64,000 bases of DNA from Chara braunii (GCA_003427395.1 BFEA01000015.1:5142665-5206664), one strand, 5' to 3'; positions 35,039-49,564 are shown, numbered from the stretch's first letter. Translations and numbers: made by a program. Notes: a model not told the origin generated them from the sequence alone.

Positions 35039-38000
35039 TGTAATGAACCCAATCTGGCACATACTCATCAGTCGTCAAACACCAGTAGTCTCGGTATCTG
35101 CCGCATAGTCTCCAATTATCGTGAAATGATATTTGTAACAGTATCTCATTACCATTTGACGAAGAGAGTGGAGGGGGATCAGACAGAGGAGAAGGTGGAA
35201 GAGATGATTAAAGATCACACAAGAGTAATCCCGTCAAACCCCACTCCTTCTCCGGGCTTCTTCCCTCTCCACGCCAACAACCAGTATATGATAACAAGTA
35301 TGCCACGTGGCACCCTTATATCGTGAAGACCATGAAGACACAACAGATTACAATGACAATGTCAACCTCAGGTGAGTACCCGATCCCAATCATCCACAGA
35401 TCCCGATCTCCTTCCTCCTCGCAACCAGGCACCTCATGTAGACGGTGTGGACAATGCCACGTCAGCAGTCGAGACAGGTGGCGAGCGCCACATCATCAAT
35501 GAAGACCAGTGGCAGCGCTACATCAGCATGCAATGTACACTAGAGGCAGCGCCACATCAACATGCAATGTAGACCAGAGGCAGCGCCACATCAGCATGCA
35601 ACGTAGACCAGAGGCAGCACCACATCAGCATGCAATGTAGACCAGAGGCAGCGCCACATCAGCATGACTGGCGCACATTTCAAAAAGCGTCAGCATGCTG
35701 TCGTTGTTGCCCACAGTGCCGACATCCCGCCAGCGTCTCGCCAACGTCTGGTCGGAGTCAAGCCAGCATCCAAGCAGCATAGCAAGACTGAATGCTTGAC
35801 CAACTCGAGGCCAGCCTTAAGTAGCATTTGTCGAGGTTGTCTGGCATCGGTTGCCTTTCCCACAGTCATCTAGATTGTCTCACAGCCGAGGGCCTGGATT
35901 GTACAGCTGCAAACTTCCCCCTTGGACCCGATGTCGTCTGGGTACCTGCATACAAACCAATGTGTGTGTCCAACCGGCGGCCTAGGCTGGGTACACTTTG
36001 ACTTTGTTGGAATTTCCGACAGTTGACTTTTGTCAACTGTGCCTCGTCCAGGCCCTGAATCTTTATTGGGGTTTTTTCCCTAGTTTTGGCCTATCTGAGT
36101 GTGGCCTAGCGAGGCCCTCAATTTCCACGAGGCATACCACATGGGTTATTGCACTCCTGTCGGCCCAATTTTCGAGTTCCATCGCAAAAATACATCAGTT
36201 CTCACTCAACCCACGTTCATATGCAGCAACAATGTCAAGAGCAGTAGGTAGGAGTTCTTTCCTACTAAACCATCTGGCTTCAGATGGGGGTCGGGATTTG
36301 AACTTTACCTTGCATTGCTTCTGAGGTCGTCCTCTGCCACCTGTAAAAAAATAGCCATGTTCCAATATCCTTTCAACTTCATAGCCTCCATTCATGGAGG
36401 GGGGAAACATAGATGGCCTATTTGGAAAGTTGTCACTTTCTACATAGGGTAGTAGTTTAGACGCATGGAAGACAGGGTATGTCCTTAGGTGCGGAGGTAC
36501 ATCTATGCGGTAGGAAGGTCCATCTTCACCTCCACTTACTTCGAGAACTTCCCAGGGGCCGTAGTAGACAAACAACAATTCCTGAGACACGTTTTCTTCT
36601 CAGGAAAACTCTTTAGACTTAACCCAGACAAAATCCCCTTCTTGGAATTGTGAAGGTCGACGTTTATTAGCTTGTTCAATCATTTGTAGTTGGGTCTTCT
36701 GTATGTTTTCCTTAACCTCTCTGATGTCTTCTTCATACAAAACTGCAAATTCACGCGTACCTGGGGGCAGCCTCTGAATCTGGTCCCTTGTTAATGCATC
36801 AATGGGACGCCTAGGCTTCCATCCTTTATGCAGTGCGTTAGGCGTTCTTCCTGTAACATATGTACACTGTTAGCAATTTTAGGGAAGTTCTTGTCCCAAC
36901 CAATCTGATGAGGTCGGACATACATTCACAAAAGTTGTTGGCATAGACCATTTGCTTGGTTTGGCCATTCATTTCAGGATGTCCGCTTGACGACATGGTC
37001 AACCTGGTCCCATAGACTTCCATCAACTTTTGCCATTGTAGACTAGTGAACCGAACATCCCTATCAAAGACGATGGTTTTCAAAAATCCGTACTCAAAGA
37101 CCCATCGCATCTGAAACTTTTGGATGACAAGTTCGGTTCTAGCTTCAACAGGTAAAGGAGTGAACATAGCATACTCTGAGAATCTATCCACGATGACCAT
37201 TACCTGACTGTTGCCATTTCTACCCTTGGTGAGGCTCATAAAGTCGATGGAAATAGAATCACCTGGCTCACTTGGAATTGGCAGCGGTCTCAGTAGTCCC
37301 ATTGGATTCTCATGTGAGGGTTTGTTCCTCTGACAAACAAGACAAGTCCGCCCATAGGTTAGTACGTCTTCCTTCATTCCTTTCCATTCAAAACATTAAC
37401 GCACATCGGCAAAGTGACCTTCCACATCATGACATTCCCCATTGATTAAGCTCTTGATTGGTTCTTTGTGAGGAATACACAATCTTTCTTCGGTTTTATC
37501 CAGAAAGAAGGGTAAGCCATCAGTCATTCGATATTCTGGAAACAACTCAGGGTTCTTTCGTAGAGTCTCAATGACACGGCTCCAAATAGGATCACTCCCA
37601 TAACCCTTGCGGATTTGTTCTTTCAGTTTGTTTCCGATATCGAGATAGGAAACAATGGTTCCAAAGAAATCTGGACGCCTAGACAAAGCATCCGCAACCA
37701 CGTTAGACTTACCTTTGATGGTTTTCACCTCAAAGTCAAGTATCAAGGAAAGCGGACTATCTTACCAACTTCTCAGAGAGTTTAGGCTGAGTCTGGATCC
37801 ACTTCAGAGTGGAGTGATCAAAATAGACAGTGAAATGTCTCCCTAACAAGTAATGCTTCTAGGTCTTTAGTGCAACAACTAAGGCATACAATTCCCTTTC
37901 ATAGGAGGAATTGGCCACTTTCTCCGACGGAAGTCTTTTGGACATAAATTCAATTGGTCTATATCCCTTACCGTCGTCTTGCTGTAGCATAACCCCAATT

Positions 38001-38495
38001 CTATACTGACTAGCGTCAGTCGTGACGATGAAAGGAAGAGAAAGGTCGGCAATTTTTAGGACAGGGTAGTGAGTTAGAACATGCATAAACTTTCTAAACG
38101 ATGACTCACAATCTTTGTCCCACAACCAATGTTTTTCCTTTTTCAGTAATCTTCTCATAGGAGAAGCTATCAATGAGAAGTTCCTGGCGAACTTCCTATA
38201 GTAGCTAGCAAGTCCTAGGAAAAATCTTAGTTCAGTTATACTCTTAGGTTGTGGCCAATCTCTAATTGTTGTATTCTTCTTTTCTTCAGGCCTTAGTCCT
38301 TCCTCGTTCACCATATGCCCCAAGTACAAGACTTCAGGCTTAGCAAACTCGGACTTCTTCGGATTCAGTTTGAAGTTGCCCTCGCACAACTTTTGCAAGA
38401 CCATTCGTAGGTGTTTCTCGTTATCTTTTGATGTACACTACAACGTCATCGAGGTAGACTACTACGAACTGATCAAGCCATTGATGGAACAATTC
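35039..38495 (-). mobile_element. 3' half of a Ty3/gypsy chromovirus: RT end, RNase H, integrase, chromodomain and putative 3' LTR (about 35039-36194)
   Basis: ORFs 37859-38404 (FLGLASYYRKF, VTTDASQY, YERELYA), 37396-37746 (GKSNVVADALSR), 36838-37377 (CLVCQRNK, ISIDF, IVDRFS), 36195-36590 (YGPW, PVFHASKL, YEVERIL). Candidate LTR reads TGTA...TACA on minus. Confidence 0.85.
35503..35667. repeat. 34-bp minisatellite, about 5 copies, inside the putative LTR
   Basis: Unit AGACCAGAGGCAGCGCCACATCAGCATGCAATGT. Confidence 0.9.
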
Positions 38496-38496
38496 T

Positions 38497-39480
38497 AAGC
38501 CAAGTGTCCTCTCCCTAGCAGCCTCCATTTGTCTCTTCTGGAGGTTGTGTTCTGGGTCACAGCAGGCCATCCCTAATGCCTAATGATTTAAGTCTGGTTG
38601 CGGCCCCTGTACCTACCTGGAGGCTCGGCCTACGGATTAGTTACACGGGCTGGCGCCTCTCTCATGCACAATATCAGCTGGCTACATCATCAATTAAGCC
38701 CAACCTTCTTTTCCTCATCTGTCACTTCTTATGAGCGGCGCTTCCTGGGCTCGCCGAGGCTTGAAGCGTCACATTCCCACCACCTTAGGTTCAAAGCCTT
38801 GATTATTGTCATTGCTTCCCTTTTAGGCTCTTCTCATAATGTAGAACCACTTCAGGTGCAGATTTCACAAGTTCCCCTCTTGTAAACCACCCATCTTTAC
38901 TTGATCAAGATGACCTTTGAATGCCACTCAGCGATGGTGTGTGTGTGGAGGCCATGGAGGCTGCCTGCGAAGGATCTCATGGATGTCAGCATGCTGACTT
39001 GCTGCAACCGTGCTGTATGGCTTCAGTTTGGAGCACCAGGTCATGGTTGCAGTGGTATAGGCATCCGCCTGTAATGGGCGAGGTCGCCCGTTCGACATCT
39101 GGCTGCGGGTCGATCGGCTACAAACCTGATAACTCTGAACTGAACTCAGGTCTGGATCAACAGTTTTGGTGATCTTCCTGCGCCCGGTGACTTCAGGGGC
39201 AGCATGGATCGCCATGAAGGAGACTGATTGCTTCGTGAAAAAGGCAAGAGTTTGGATGCATGAATCACAATGTAATGGTGCAGATGAGGATGGGCATGAA
39301 TCACATACCACAGACTGTATGGGTGATTCCCTACTGTCCAGGACAGTCCATGGTCCAAAATACCGAGGCATTAATTTATGTGACATGTCATGTTCTGGTG
39401 TAAACTCAGACGAGTTAAACCACCAGTGCCTCGCCCAAGCAAACTCGAGGATCAAAAATGTGACATTCCATGACAGTGCT
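38497..39480 (-). mobile_element. Ty3/gypsy fragment: integrase C-terminus, chromodomain, PPT and start of 3' LTR
   Basis: KLMPRYFGPW, IHASKLLPF, WFTRGELVKSAPEVVLHYE. Minus-strand AAGGTGGTGGGAA is directly followed by TGTGACGC at 38773. Confidence 0.75.
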
Positions 39481-39933
39481 ACCTAACCAAAATGGCTCCA
39501 TATCCATTTGCTCTTTTTTTGGTGCATGTGGGGAATGCGCCTCAGCAAAGTAGGCTCGGAGGTACTGGTGGTGTACAAGTGCCTTCGCATTAGAATCACG
39601 AATCTGTCTTCTCCTTGATTCACAAATGGATTGCTTTACTGTTTTTTTAATGTTTAATCTCCAATCCTTTTCTTCAAATTTCCTTTTTAAACACTGGTTA
39701 GGGAAAATAATTAAACCCTGTACTACAAGACCACGTATTGGCTATACATCCTCATATTTATGGAGGATACGTCGCTTGTACTACTGTTTTTTTTGTGTGT
39801 GTATCCGGAACTCAATGGGAAGAACACACTCCGCGTAAGCCTCCTGTTTATTGTTCTCTGTTTTTTGATTGGGGAAAAGAATTCAACCCCTTGCATTTAC
39901 GCAGGCTACGTTCCCAATACTATTGGTTTTTGT

Positions 39934-40150
39934 TTGTGTACATCCGGAACTCAACAAACAATGTGTGTATCCGGAACGCAACAAACAAATGTGTGTATCC
40001 GGAACTCAACAAACAAACGTGTGTATCCGGAACTCAACAAACAAATGTGTGTATCCGGAACTCAACAAACAAATGTGTGTACCCGAAACTCAACAAACAA
40101 ATGTGTGTATCCGGAACTCAACAAACAAATGTGTGTATCCGGAACTCAAC
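39934..40150. repeat. 28-bp minisatellite, about 7-8 copies
   Basis: Unit TGTGTGTATCCGGAACTCAACAAACAAA, head-to-tail with no spacers. An isolated partial copy lies near 39794-39815. Confidence 0.95.
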
Positions 40151-41076
40151 GAAATAAGAAAAACACTGCGCATAAAATCAAACATTGTAAGCCTCCTGAA
40201 GTTTATAAAGGGAAGGGTCTTTGATATCGAAATCAAATCATACTCGACAATAAAACTATACTCTAGAAACAAGACCCAAAAAAAAAGAAGTCGCGTTTCA
40301 AATCAATAAATCGGAAAAAAGAAACCTCTCCAGTTCAGTGGATGAATCATCAATTCAAGCAAATTGAATTCTCTATGGCCGTCGCTGCACAACACACGAA
40401 ACGAAAAACAAAACAAGTGCATCTTCCGGCAGAAAATGGCCAGGTTCATCGGTTTGTTATAAATAGTAACTACTAACAGGTGTATTCTGCCCCTTTCGTG
40501 GCCAGATGCACTCATTTCGTTTTCGTTTCGTGTGCCGTGTGGCGAGGCCCGTTATGGTTGTTACCATGTCTCCATAAGGCCCAACAAACAACTACTACTG
40601 CTAAGAATTGGGGCGACAAAGTAGAAGACTGGAGCTGGAGTGGGAAACCCAAACAAAAATGCAAACAGCTGAAAGAAAACATGCACAGACCCACAGGAAA
40701 TGTCAGTGCCCGTCTATGCTGATTTTCTGTTTGCATCATAGCCCTTTGAGCTTCTTGTAGCTGTTCTACTGTTTTCTCCAACATCTCTTTGTTTGTACTC
40801 AAGGGCATACTCAATACATCCAGGGCATGTCTGCTATTTAGGGCGCGGAAACAGGGACATCCATTGGAGTTTTGAGTTCCATCCTAAATGCAATTGATTA
40901 GGTGGGCAACCAGTTGCTGAGTGTACAGCCCAGCTACCTGCGGCGGTAGGATGTCCCGATCAAGTTGATCAGGTGCACTGTAATGCCTGAGATGCTGCTG
41001 GACATTATTTGTTCATGTGCTCAGCCTGGCCGTTGGCCTCGGGGTGAACCATACATACATCTTTATCACTTAGAAT

Positions 41077-42261
41077 CAGTGCTGGGCCGGCAACCGGAGC
41101 CAGACCAGCCCAGGGGGGGTGAACCGGGAAACCGGTTTCCAAAACAAAGTGCGCAAATATCTTCCTTTTTTTTTTTTTTTTTGGCCAGATTCCGACTGCG
41201 CTCTTCAAGAGCTGTCCAAATCAACAATAAAATTTTCAAGGTACAGTATTTTTCAAGGGGCTTCCAGAGGGGGGCAGGAGGTTATTATTGACATATTCAG
41301 GCAACTATGGCCTCCTCGGGGAGGGGTCAAGTAAGCAAGTTCACTTATCCGCCCCCCCCCCGTGGCTGGAGCACTTCATGGAGTATGCCATTTGATATTG
41401 ATACCCCACGAGCTGAACCAGATATGATGAGAGGAGGTCCTTGCCCGAAATTATAGCTCTTCCAGAGTATATTTCGACAGCAGAAAAGTTATGGTTCCAG
41501 CTTTCAGCTCGTGGAGGCAGAGCGTTTTCTGTTTGTTGGTTTTTACATAAGGTGAGTTGTCAGTCCGGAAGTATCTTGCCTGGCAGTCTGTCCAGATACA
41601 TGTAGTGGAGCAAGGTCCATTCGAGGTAGATAGAGAGAAGAATATAGCTTAGGTCCATTCTTGGGATTGCACCTTGGACGGCTCTGAAATCACGATTCCA
41701 AAATCCGAACCCATAACTTTTTCCACAGATGGCAGGGACGTCGCAGAAGGATATAATCTCAGCAGAATCTCATCAGAAGCATAGTGTTCCCCGCATGGCT
41801 AAGGGTGAAAGAGCATCAGATGTTGCCAATGGTAACTGGTCCATTGGACCACAAGATGACAAATTGGAGAAGGGGCCTACCCGACCCACATCTTAGGAAA
41901 AATGTGTGGCTGTTCTCCGCTGCTGATCTGCACAGATCAGCGGCGGATATCCTCTGCCTGTTTTTCTTAAGAAATGGGGTCCTGGCCGATCTTTGCTGCT
42001 GATCTGCGACGATCAACAGCCAAGATTGGCCACTTTCTGGACTTGAAAAATCCGGGCCTACAGGACCCGGCTTCATAATTGCGGGGCAGGGCCCCCCCCA
42101 CGAGGCCTCGGGAACACACGCGCCGGCAAAAAAAAAATTCAGCCCCCAGCGAAAATGTGCTGGGGGCAACCGAAAGGGAACCGGCCCGGGCCATCGGCCG
42201 GTCCAACCGGGAGGACCGCAGATGGGGTAGGGGTCCCCGGTCCATCCAGGGACCAGCCCTG
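41077..42261. mobile_element. Non-autonomous hAT element
   Basis: TIRs CAGTGCTGG / CCAGCCCTG. Perfect 8-bp TSD CTTAGAAT at 41069-41076 and 42262-42269. CCGG-rich subtermini. Confidence 0.92.
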
Positions 42262-42735
42262 CTTAGAATGGTTTTCGGTAATCTAAAACCTTCAATCCAA
42301 CGATTAGCAAATTCAGACATTAGTGTTTCCAATGTTTCAACTCCCTCTGGGAGGTCGAATTTGCCACCTTTTGACATGGGAATTTCTTAGACATGTACTT
42401 GATGAGTATCAACTTGGTTCCCTCTGCTCGTAGCGACACGGCGCCTAGAAATTGCTGATCAGGTTGTGCTATCTTCACAACAGGATGATTCATTGGGGCA
42501 GATTGAAATTGCTTAAGGCCAACTCACATTCCTTACACCGACCCTTAAGGGTGTCTAGTCTCGTTAGATTAGTCAAAGGGCTTACCATATTGCCAAAATT
42601 TTTCAAGACCGATCTCTAATACCCAGCCATCCCCAAGGAAAATCTGAGCACAGTAAGAAACCGGGGTCGCGGCCAAACCTTAACGGGCAGGGGCTGCACT
42701 ATGCATGGTGATGACATTGAGGTCCCTATAGTCAA

Positions 42736-43298
42736 CTAAATGACCCGTTGCGGCTTCGCCCGCAAAAACAGAAAAGGAAAACGCAGAAAAGAAAGAAAAA
42801 GCATAACGAACCGCCCCTATCATATGCCGCTTCGTTCACAATAAGAAAAAGAAGAGCCTGAGAGCAGACTGAAATCCGCGTGCAAGAACCGAAGCGTCTT
42901 TTTTACCCCGTCGATGTTTTTGCTAAAGATTCCAATTCAGACTTTGCTTGCTGTGTTCTCTGAATATGTTTGTGATCAAGCGATCTTGCATGTGTGTCCC
43001 GTGCTTACTTGTTGAGTTTTGACTCTGTGTGTGCAAGTGCATGCGCGTGTGGGTGCGACTCAGTTTGGTGGGCTCCGATGATGTCATTGACGATTGGCCT
43101 GGGGAAGTTGTTGTAAGTCGCCTCCAACCACAGGAGTGCCACTGGTGTTAAGCAGGTTTTGCTTAGCAGTTGCTCTTCGCGTGGGGGACTTGTCGGGAGT
43201 AGCACTGACATGGGAGCCATAATGCTGGCCGTTCATCTTGCAACATTTCCTGGAAGGCAAAAGGCAAAGAAGAAACGAAGTAGCGCGTGCCCCCCCCT

Positions 43299-43343
<45 letters not shown>

Positions 43344-43564
43344 AANNNNNNNNNNNNNNNNNNNNNNNNNNNNNNNNNNNNNNNNNNNNNNATCTCCGAC
43401 CGCCCCCCCGGCTTCCCCCTCACCCTCCTCCCTTCCCCCGTCTATCTCTCTCTCACACACACAAACGTACGGGAAAAAATAAAGAAAAGAAAAACACAAA
43501 AAAGCATGATGAACCTTTAACCTCCCCCCAGCCACCAACTTCCTCCTAATCCTCACCGACTCCC

Positions 43565-43603
<39 letters not shown>

Positions 43604-44652
43604 CCTCCCTGTGTGCCTCTATGTGCGACCGCACGCGCTCGCCCTTATCGTAAATTGAGAAAGATAAGAAAAACCGAACGCACTTTCTATATCGTCCCCA
43701 GATAAAAGAGCAAGAAGAGAGGGAGGACGGAGGGCCGAGGAAGGTAACGCCACCGGAGGAAGGACGAAGAAAGCGAGTGAGGGAGGAACGAAGGAGAAAG
43801 GGAGGAAGGAGGGAGGGCAGATGGGGCAGGGGTGAGGGAGGGAGGAGCGAGGGTCGAGGGAGGAATGGAGGACGGGCCGAGGGAGGAGGGATGGTGATGG
43901 TGCCTCTTCTGCCTCTCTCTCTCTCTCTCTTTGGAATGGAGGACGGGGGGAGAAGGGAGGCGGGAATGGAGGACCAGCCGAGGGAGGAGGGATGTAATGG
44001 TGATGGGCCGAGGGAGAAAGGGAGGAAGGAGAGAGGTCCTATGGGGCAGTTTTTATAGTATTGTAGACGAGCACGAAAACCACGTATCAACGACAAGATC
44101 GAAAAGCACGGATCAATGATGAGCATGAAAAGCACGGATCAGCGCATGAAAAGCACGTATCCACGATGAGCACGAAAAGCACGGATTGACGATGAGCATG
44201 AAAGCACGTATCCACGATGAGCACCGAGCACCAAAAGCACGGCTCCAAGATGAGCTCATTATCATGCACCGAAGTTTCCGCACGGATCCACGATGAGCAG
44301 GTGACCAAAAGCACAGCTCGACGATGAGCAGGTGACCAAAAGCACCGATGCACGATGAGCAGGTGACCAAAGCACGATCCACGATGAGCACATGGTCGTG
44401 CATCAAAGAAAAGCAGGGATCCACGATGAGCACCAAGTTCCCGTCGAGCACGAAAAGGAGAACACGATGAGCACCAATGGAGAGAAGATGATGAGCACCA
44501 ATGGAGAGAAGATGATGAGCACCAATGGAGAGATGATGGTGAGCACGGAAAGCACGTATCCACGATGAACACCGAGCACCAAAACCACGGATCAAAGATG
44601 AGCACGAATCCAAGCACGACACCAATTCCCCGTCGAGCAGCAAAGGAGAGCA

Positions 44653-44741
<89 letters not shown>

Positions 44742-45269
44742 CAATGATCACCAAGGAGAGCACGTTGAGCACCAAAGGAGCGAACACGATGCGCACCAAT
44801 GAAGACGAAGCACGGATCCACGATGAGCACCAATGAAGACGAAGCACGGATCCACGATGAGCACTAACCACCAAAACCACGGATCGAAGATGAGCACAAA
44901 TCCAAGCACGGATCCACGATGACCATCGACTGTCGAGCAGCAAAGGAGAGCACTGTGTGTGTGTGTGTGTGTGTGTGNNNNNNNNNNNNNNNNNNNNNNN
45001 NNNNNNNNNNNNNNNNNNNNNNNNNNNNNNNNNNNNNNNNNNNNNNNNNNNNNNNNNNNNNNNNNNNNNNNNNNNNNNNNNNNNNNNNNNNNNNNNNNNN
45101 NNNNNNNNNNNNNNNNNNNNNNNNNNNNNNNNNNNNNNNNNNNNNNNNNNNNNNNNNNNNNNNNNNNNNNNNNNNNNNNNNNNNNNNNNNNNNNNNNNNN
45201 NNNNNNNNNNNNNNNNNNNNNNNNNNNNNNNNNNNNNNNNNNNNNNNNNNNNNNNNNNNNNNNNNNNNN

Positions 45270-45351
<82 letters not shown>

Positions 45352-45764
45352 GGGGGGCAACAAAAAAACGGGCGCGCGGGCGATTGGAGGGGTGGCCGGC
45401 AACACCGAAGTAGGCGGTCGGGGCAACAAAAGCAGACGGGCGGGCGATTCGGCGCTTCCGGTACCAACCGACGACCGTGGAGGAGTGGTCGGGCCAGGCC
45501 ACGATTACGGGCGGACCGTCGGGCGAACGATTGGAGGGGTGGGCCACAATTACGGGCAGACGATTGGAGGGGTGGGCGGGCCTGCAATTCGGTGCCTCCG
45601 GTAGCGGTCGGCAGAATCTGAAATCTGACGCAGCACGGCCCGAATATCAGGCCGATCAGAAAACTTTCTGATCGGCCTGCGATCCACGCCGTCCGCGGCA
45701 GTTACCGGCCTGCGATTCGGCCCTTGCGATATGACGTTTAGCAGTTATTATAGTTTTGTAGAAA
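42736..45764 (-). mobile_element. Non-autonomous Helitron
   Basis: Minus-strand 5' end TTTCTACAAAACTATAATAAC. 3' hairpin GCGGGCGAAGCCGC (42750-42763) about 10 nt before a terminal TTAG (CTAG variant). Excision at A|T restores the host RT codons (..TAT ATT GAC TAT AGG..). Spans two gaps. Confidence 0.75.
44070..44945. repeat. Degenerate 20-25-bp minisatellite inside the Helitron
   Basis: Recurrent AGCACGGATCCACGATGAGCAC variants interleaved with (GT)n/(GA)n. Confidence 0.85.
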
Positions 45765-47187
45765 TATACAAACATACCACTTTTTTACGTACGAATACAG
45801 CAGCAGACCCATTCGATGAAGTAAGTACTTGGCCTAATCCATCCCTTGTCAATCAGATCCTTTAGTTTCTCACCAAGGTCCTCTACACCTTACCGGTTTC
45901 CATCCATTTTTGGGGAGAATCATTGCAGACTGATGTCCTGCCTACATGACCTAGATCTAGACTCTTTTCAGGCTGTATTCAGGCCATTACCTTCTAGGCC
46001 TCTCTCGTAGGCCTAATGCACCTCAGGAAATCACCTCCGCCTTAGATTGCCTACCAAAAGTGCTATCGTTTTGTTAATTGTCTACCTACACGTACTACTT
46101 GATTTTGGCCGCCTCAGGCTTTCCTACCCCTAGCCTACTGCAGTCTACTAGCCCTTTTACTCGCTCCACAGGCCAACAATACAGCAAAGGGTGCTAGTAC
46201 CAGGCCTGAGAGGGCCAACCCAACACACAGGCCATTATTCCCAGTCACGCACACAGAGACAGAAAGCCAGACATAGGGAACACAGATATCAGCAACTACC
46301 ATACCATAAACAGACTCATGCAGGAGGAATCCCGATGGACACACAGGATCATAGTCTGCAACTTTCCCAGTTACTGCAACTATTCATACCGCTACGGTAA
46401 GAAGTTACAAAGGAAAAATCTTGAATCAAGGCTGTCCACAGTCCATCTGGCCCATGGCTCGAATCATTGCAAGAAAGTCATAAATCCTAGATGTGGGTCG
46501 TAACATCCTACTGCGCCGATGGCCAGTATAGTCATGCAAGAATGTAGCAGATACTGAATCTGAGCCGTCGTGTCTGGATCTTCACACCATCTTAAGATTT
46601 TGGATTGCACGGCAATCCAGGCAGTTGCCCGGGTACTACAGGGTCGACTGCCCAGATGCACGTAGAATTCTTGTCGGTACCCGTAGGCCTCCTAAATGGT
46701 ACCTGTAAGCCTATTGCCGCCTCCTATAGCTTCCCTCATAAAACGCACTGCTGCCATTGTCTTCCCTCCCTCACAGCTTGTGTGTGCGTGTGCATGTGTA
46801 TTCTGCCAATAAAGAACGAGGTAAACCATTATCTTGGATCCTCCGTATTCGAATCGCTGAGAGTATGCCAATCTGCATTAGAAGCATGTCTCCCTTCTCT
46901 TCCTCCTCCTCCTCCCCCTGCTAACCCTGACTCTCCATCTTTCGACATCCTATGGCAATATCCAACTGCACCTACTTTACCAATCTCTTTCCCACCATGG
47001 CGACCTCCCCCGCCCCACTGACTTTTCCTCACAAGGATCTTGAGATTGTGAACTCCAACTCCAGCTCCCATCAGTGCGAACTTCCCCCCGCCCTGATTGT
47101 GTGCCATCATTTTCAATCTCCCGCAGGAGTATCATGCGTTGAGTCCAGACGATCAGCTTATGCCGAGTTTTGTTGATTTGCATGTGT

Positions 47188-47241
<54 letters not shown>

Positions 47242-48008
47242 TTACTTTGGTTTCTATCAGTGAGTAGAGGAGGAGAACAGGAAGAAATATAACAGTGCTG
47301 ACGGCAGGAGGAAGAAGAAATGGTGAAGGCATGGGGGGCTATTGTGGTCTCATTTTTCTTTTCGTTTACTAATTCATAATGCCCTTTCCATTCCGCTTCA
47401 CCCTGCTCATCCCCCCCAAACCGTCTTCCATCTCTGTGTCCTCCTCCACGGCATCCTTCTTTCCACTTCCTCCTCCATGTCGAACTATGGATATGTCCAG
47501 TTCCATGTGGAAGCCTCGGAGGCCAATATCCTCCTGCCTCCAGGAGAGCACAGGAAAGGACAAGAACAGAGAAATGATGATGATTCAAGATAAGATGGGA
47601 GGATGAAGAGGGGTGTGAGGAGAGATTAAATCATGATGCTAACAACAAGAGGGGGGTACGAAGATCAGGATGCTGACATCAAGAACGTGGAGGGAAACCG
47701 GGAGGGAGTGGAAATCCTGGGAGGAGGTGGCAGGGGTGAAATCGTGGGCGCGATAGATCTCCGAAACGACGAAGGAGAAGAAAAGAGGATGAGATGTGCC
47801 AGTGAAGCATCACAATAGATATTCCGGGATGGGAATCATGAGAGAAGGTGGGAAGAACATCACAAAAGGACTAGAAAGGAGGAAGTGGGATCGGGGTGGG
47901 AAGTGCAAGATTGCAGGAGGGGGGAAAGCCGAATTGCAAAAACGGAATCGGGTAGTAATGCAGATGGAAGAAAACTCAGAATTGCAAAAACGGAATCGGG
48001 GGAGCAAG

Positions 48009-48079
<71 letters not shown>

Positions 48080-48601
48080 CATCACGAGAGGAAAGCAAGA
48101 TGTCAACGGTGGGGACTAAAAAAGTGAACATCCATGATGCTCATCAGCATCATGATTACACGAGACAAAGGAACTATGGGGACCAGAATGCACATCATGC
48201 CCATGATATCCTATCATCATGATATCATAAGATCATATCAGCTAAAACGAGGGTATGGTGACGGCCTGAAGCATGGTTGTACACGATGATGAAGATTTTT
48301 GACTAGCTTACCTGTTGCAGCTCCGCCCGCAAAAGCAGGTGGAAATTGGACAAATAAAAGCAAATCGCACGAGGGGTGTGGTGGCCTGAGTGCAGTTGCA
48401 ACTGGCCTTTTCTGTCCAAAAAACTTTCACATCTAATACCTTGAAACCATATCTCTCTCTTGCGGCGTAAGAAGTATTCTCTTTCATAATATCATATGTA
48501 AAAAAACATGCAATTCTTCGCACTTGCAGGAATTCTTTCCACTTTGTTTTTCGTTTTTTTCTTTAAGAATAAAAGCCAGCCACCAAAAAACTACCTCTGT
48601 G

Positions 48602-48704
<103 letters not shown>

Positions 48705-48963
48705 GTGTGTGTGTGCGTGTGTGTGTGTGTGTGTATGCTGCATCTCACGACCCCCCATCATGTTCCTCAAACACCCTCTACCTTCCCCTGCACCCGCTCC
48801 TTCCCCATTCCCACGTATATGACATGACCCTTCCGAGCTCCCCTTTCCCTAAGCGTTAGCATGTTGTGATACCCCTCACCTCCCCGGGCTCCCCCCCGAT
48901 CCGACATATATGACATGAACTTTCCGAACTCCCCACTTTACCCAACCATCAGCTTGTTGCGAG

Positions 48964-48999
<36 letters not shown>

Positions 49000-49411
49000 A
49001 GCGCGCACCCCTTGGTTGGTATGTGGCATGTGCACTCGGTCGCTGAATCTGGGGCTTGGTTTAATGCGGCGTGTGCAAGCGGGGTTCAATAATAAAAGGA
49101 CGACGGGGTTTAAGAAACAATCTCTCTCTCTCTCTCACGCGCGCGCGCGAGTGCTCGCTCACTCGTGCACACCCGTGCGCGCCCGGGATATTGTAATCCG
49201 GCGTTCGCCGTTCAGTAATAAAACAAAAAGAATGGAAAACAAAAATGATAAGTTCAACATGTAAAAAGCTTAGCAGCAACGTGCGTTTGTGTGTTGTGGG
49301 CTAGTCGGTGGGTATACATGAGTGCAAATGTGTGTGTTTGTGTACGGAGTCGAAGTCAAGCGCAGTAGTGTAAATTCACATCATAGAGAGTCGCCCGCAG
49401 TGCCGTAGAGT

Positions 49412-49446
<35 letters not shown>

Positions 49447-49507
49447 CCAGCGCAGTAGTGTAAATTCACATCATAGAGAGTCGAAGCCCGCAATAGTGTA
49501 GAGTACC

Positions 49508-49564
<57 letters not shown>

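Larger units (their letters stand above)
40720..45900 (-). mobile_element. Internally deleted Ty3/gypsy pol remnant hosting a hAT and a Helitron insertion
   Basis: LKDLIDKGWIRPS (about 45830-45870), IDYRDLNVIT (split 45765/42735), WPRP..GMAGY..SPLTNLTRLDTP (42545-42680), LPKTILSDKD..HPEANGQAEHMN (split 42270/41068). Confidence 0.75.

Noticed and set aside
39934-40150. CRISPR-like array of 28-bp repeats
   Set aside because: Units are head-to-tail without unique spacers, there are no cas genes, and the context is eukaryotic: a minisatellite.
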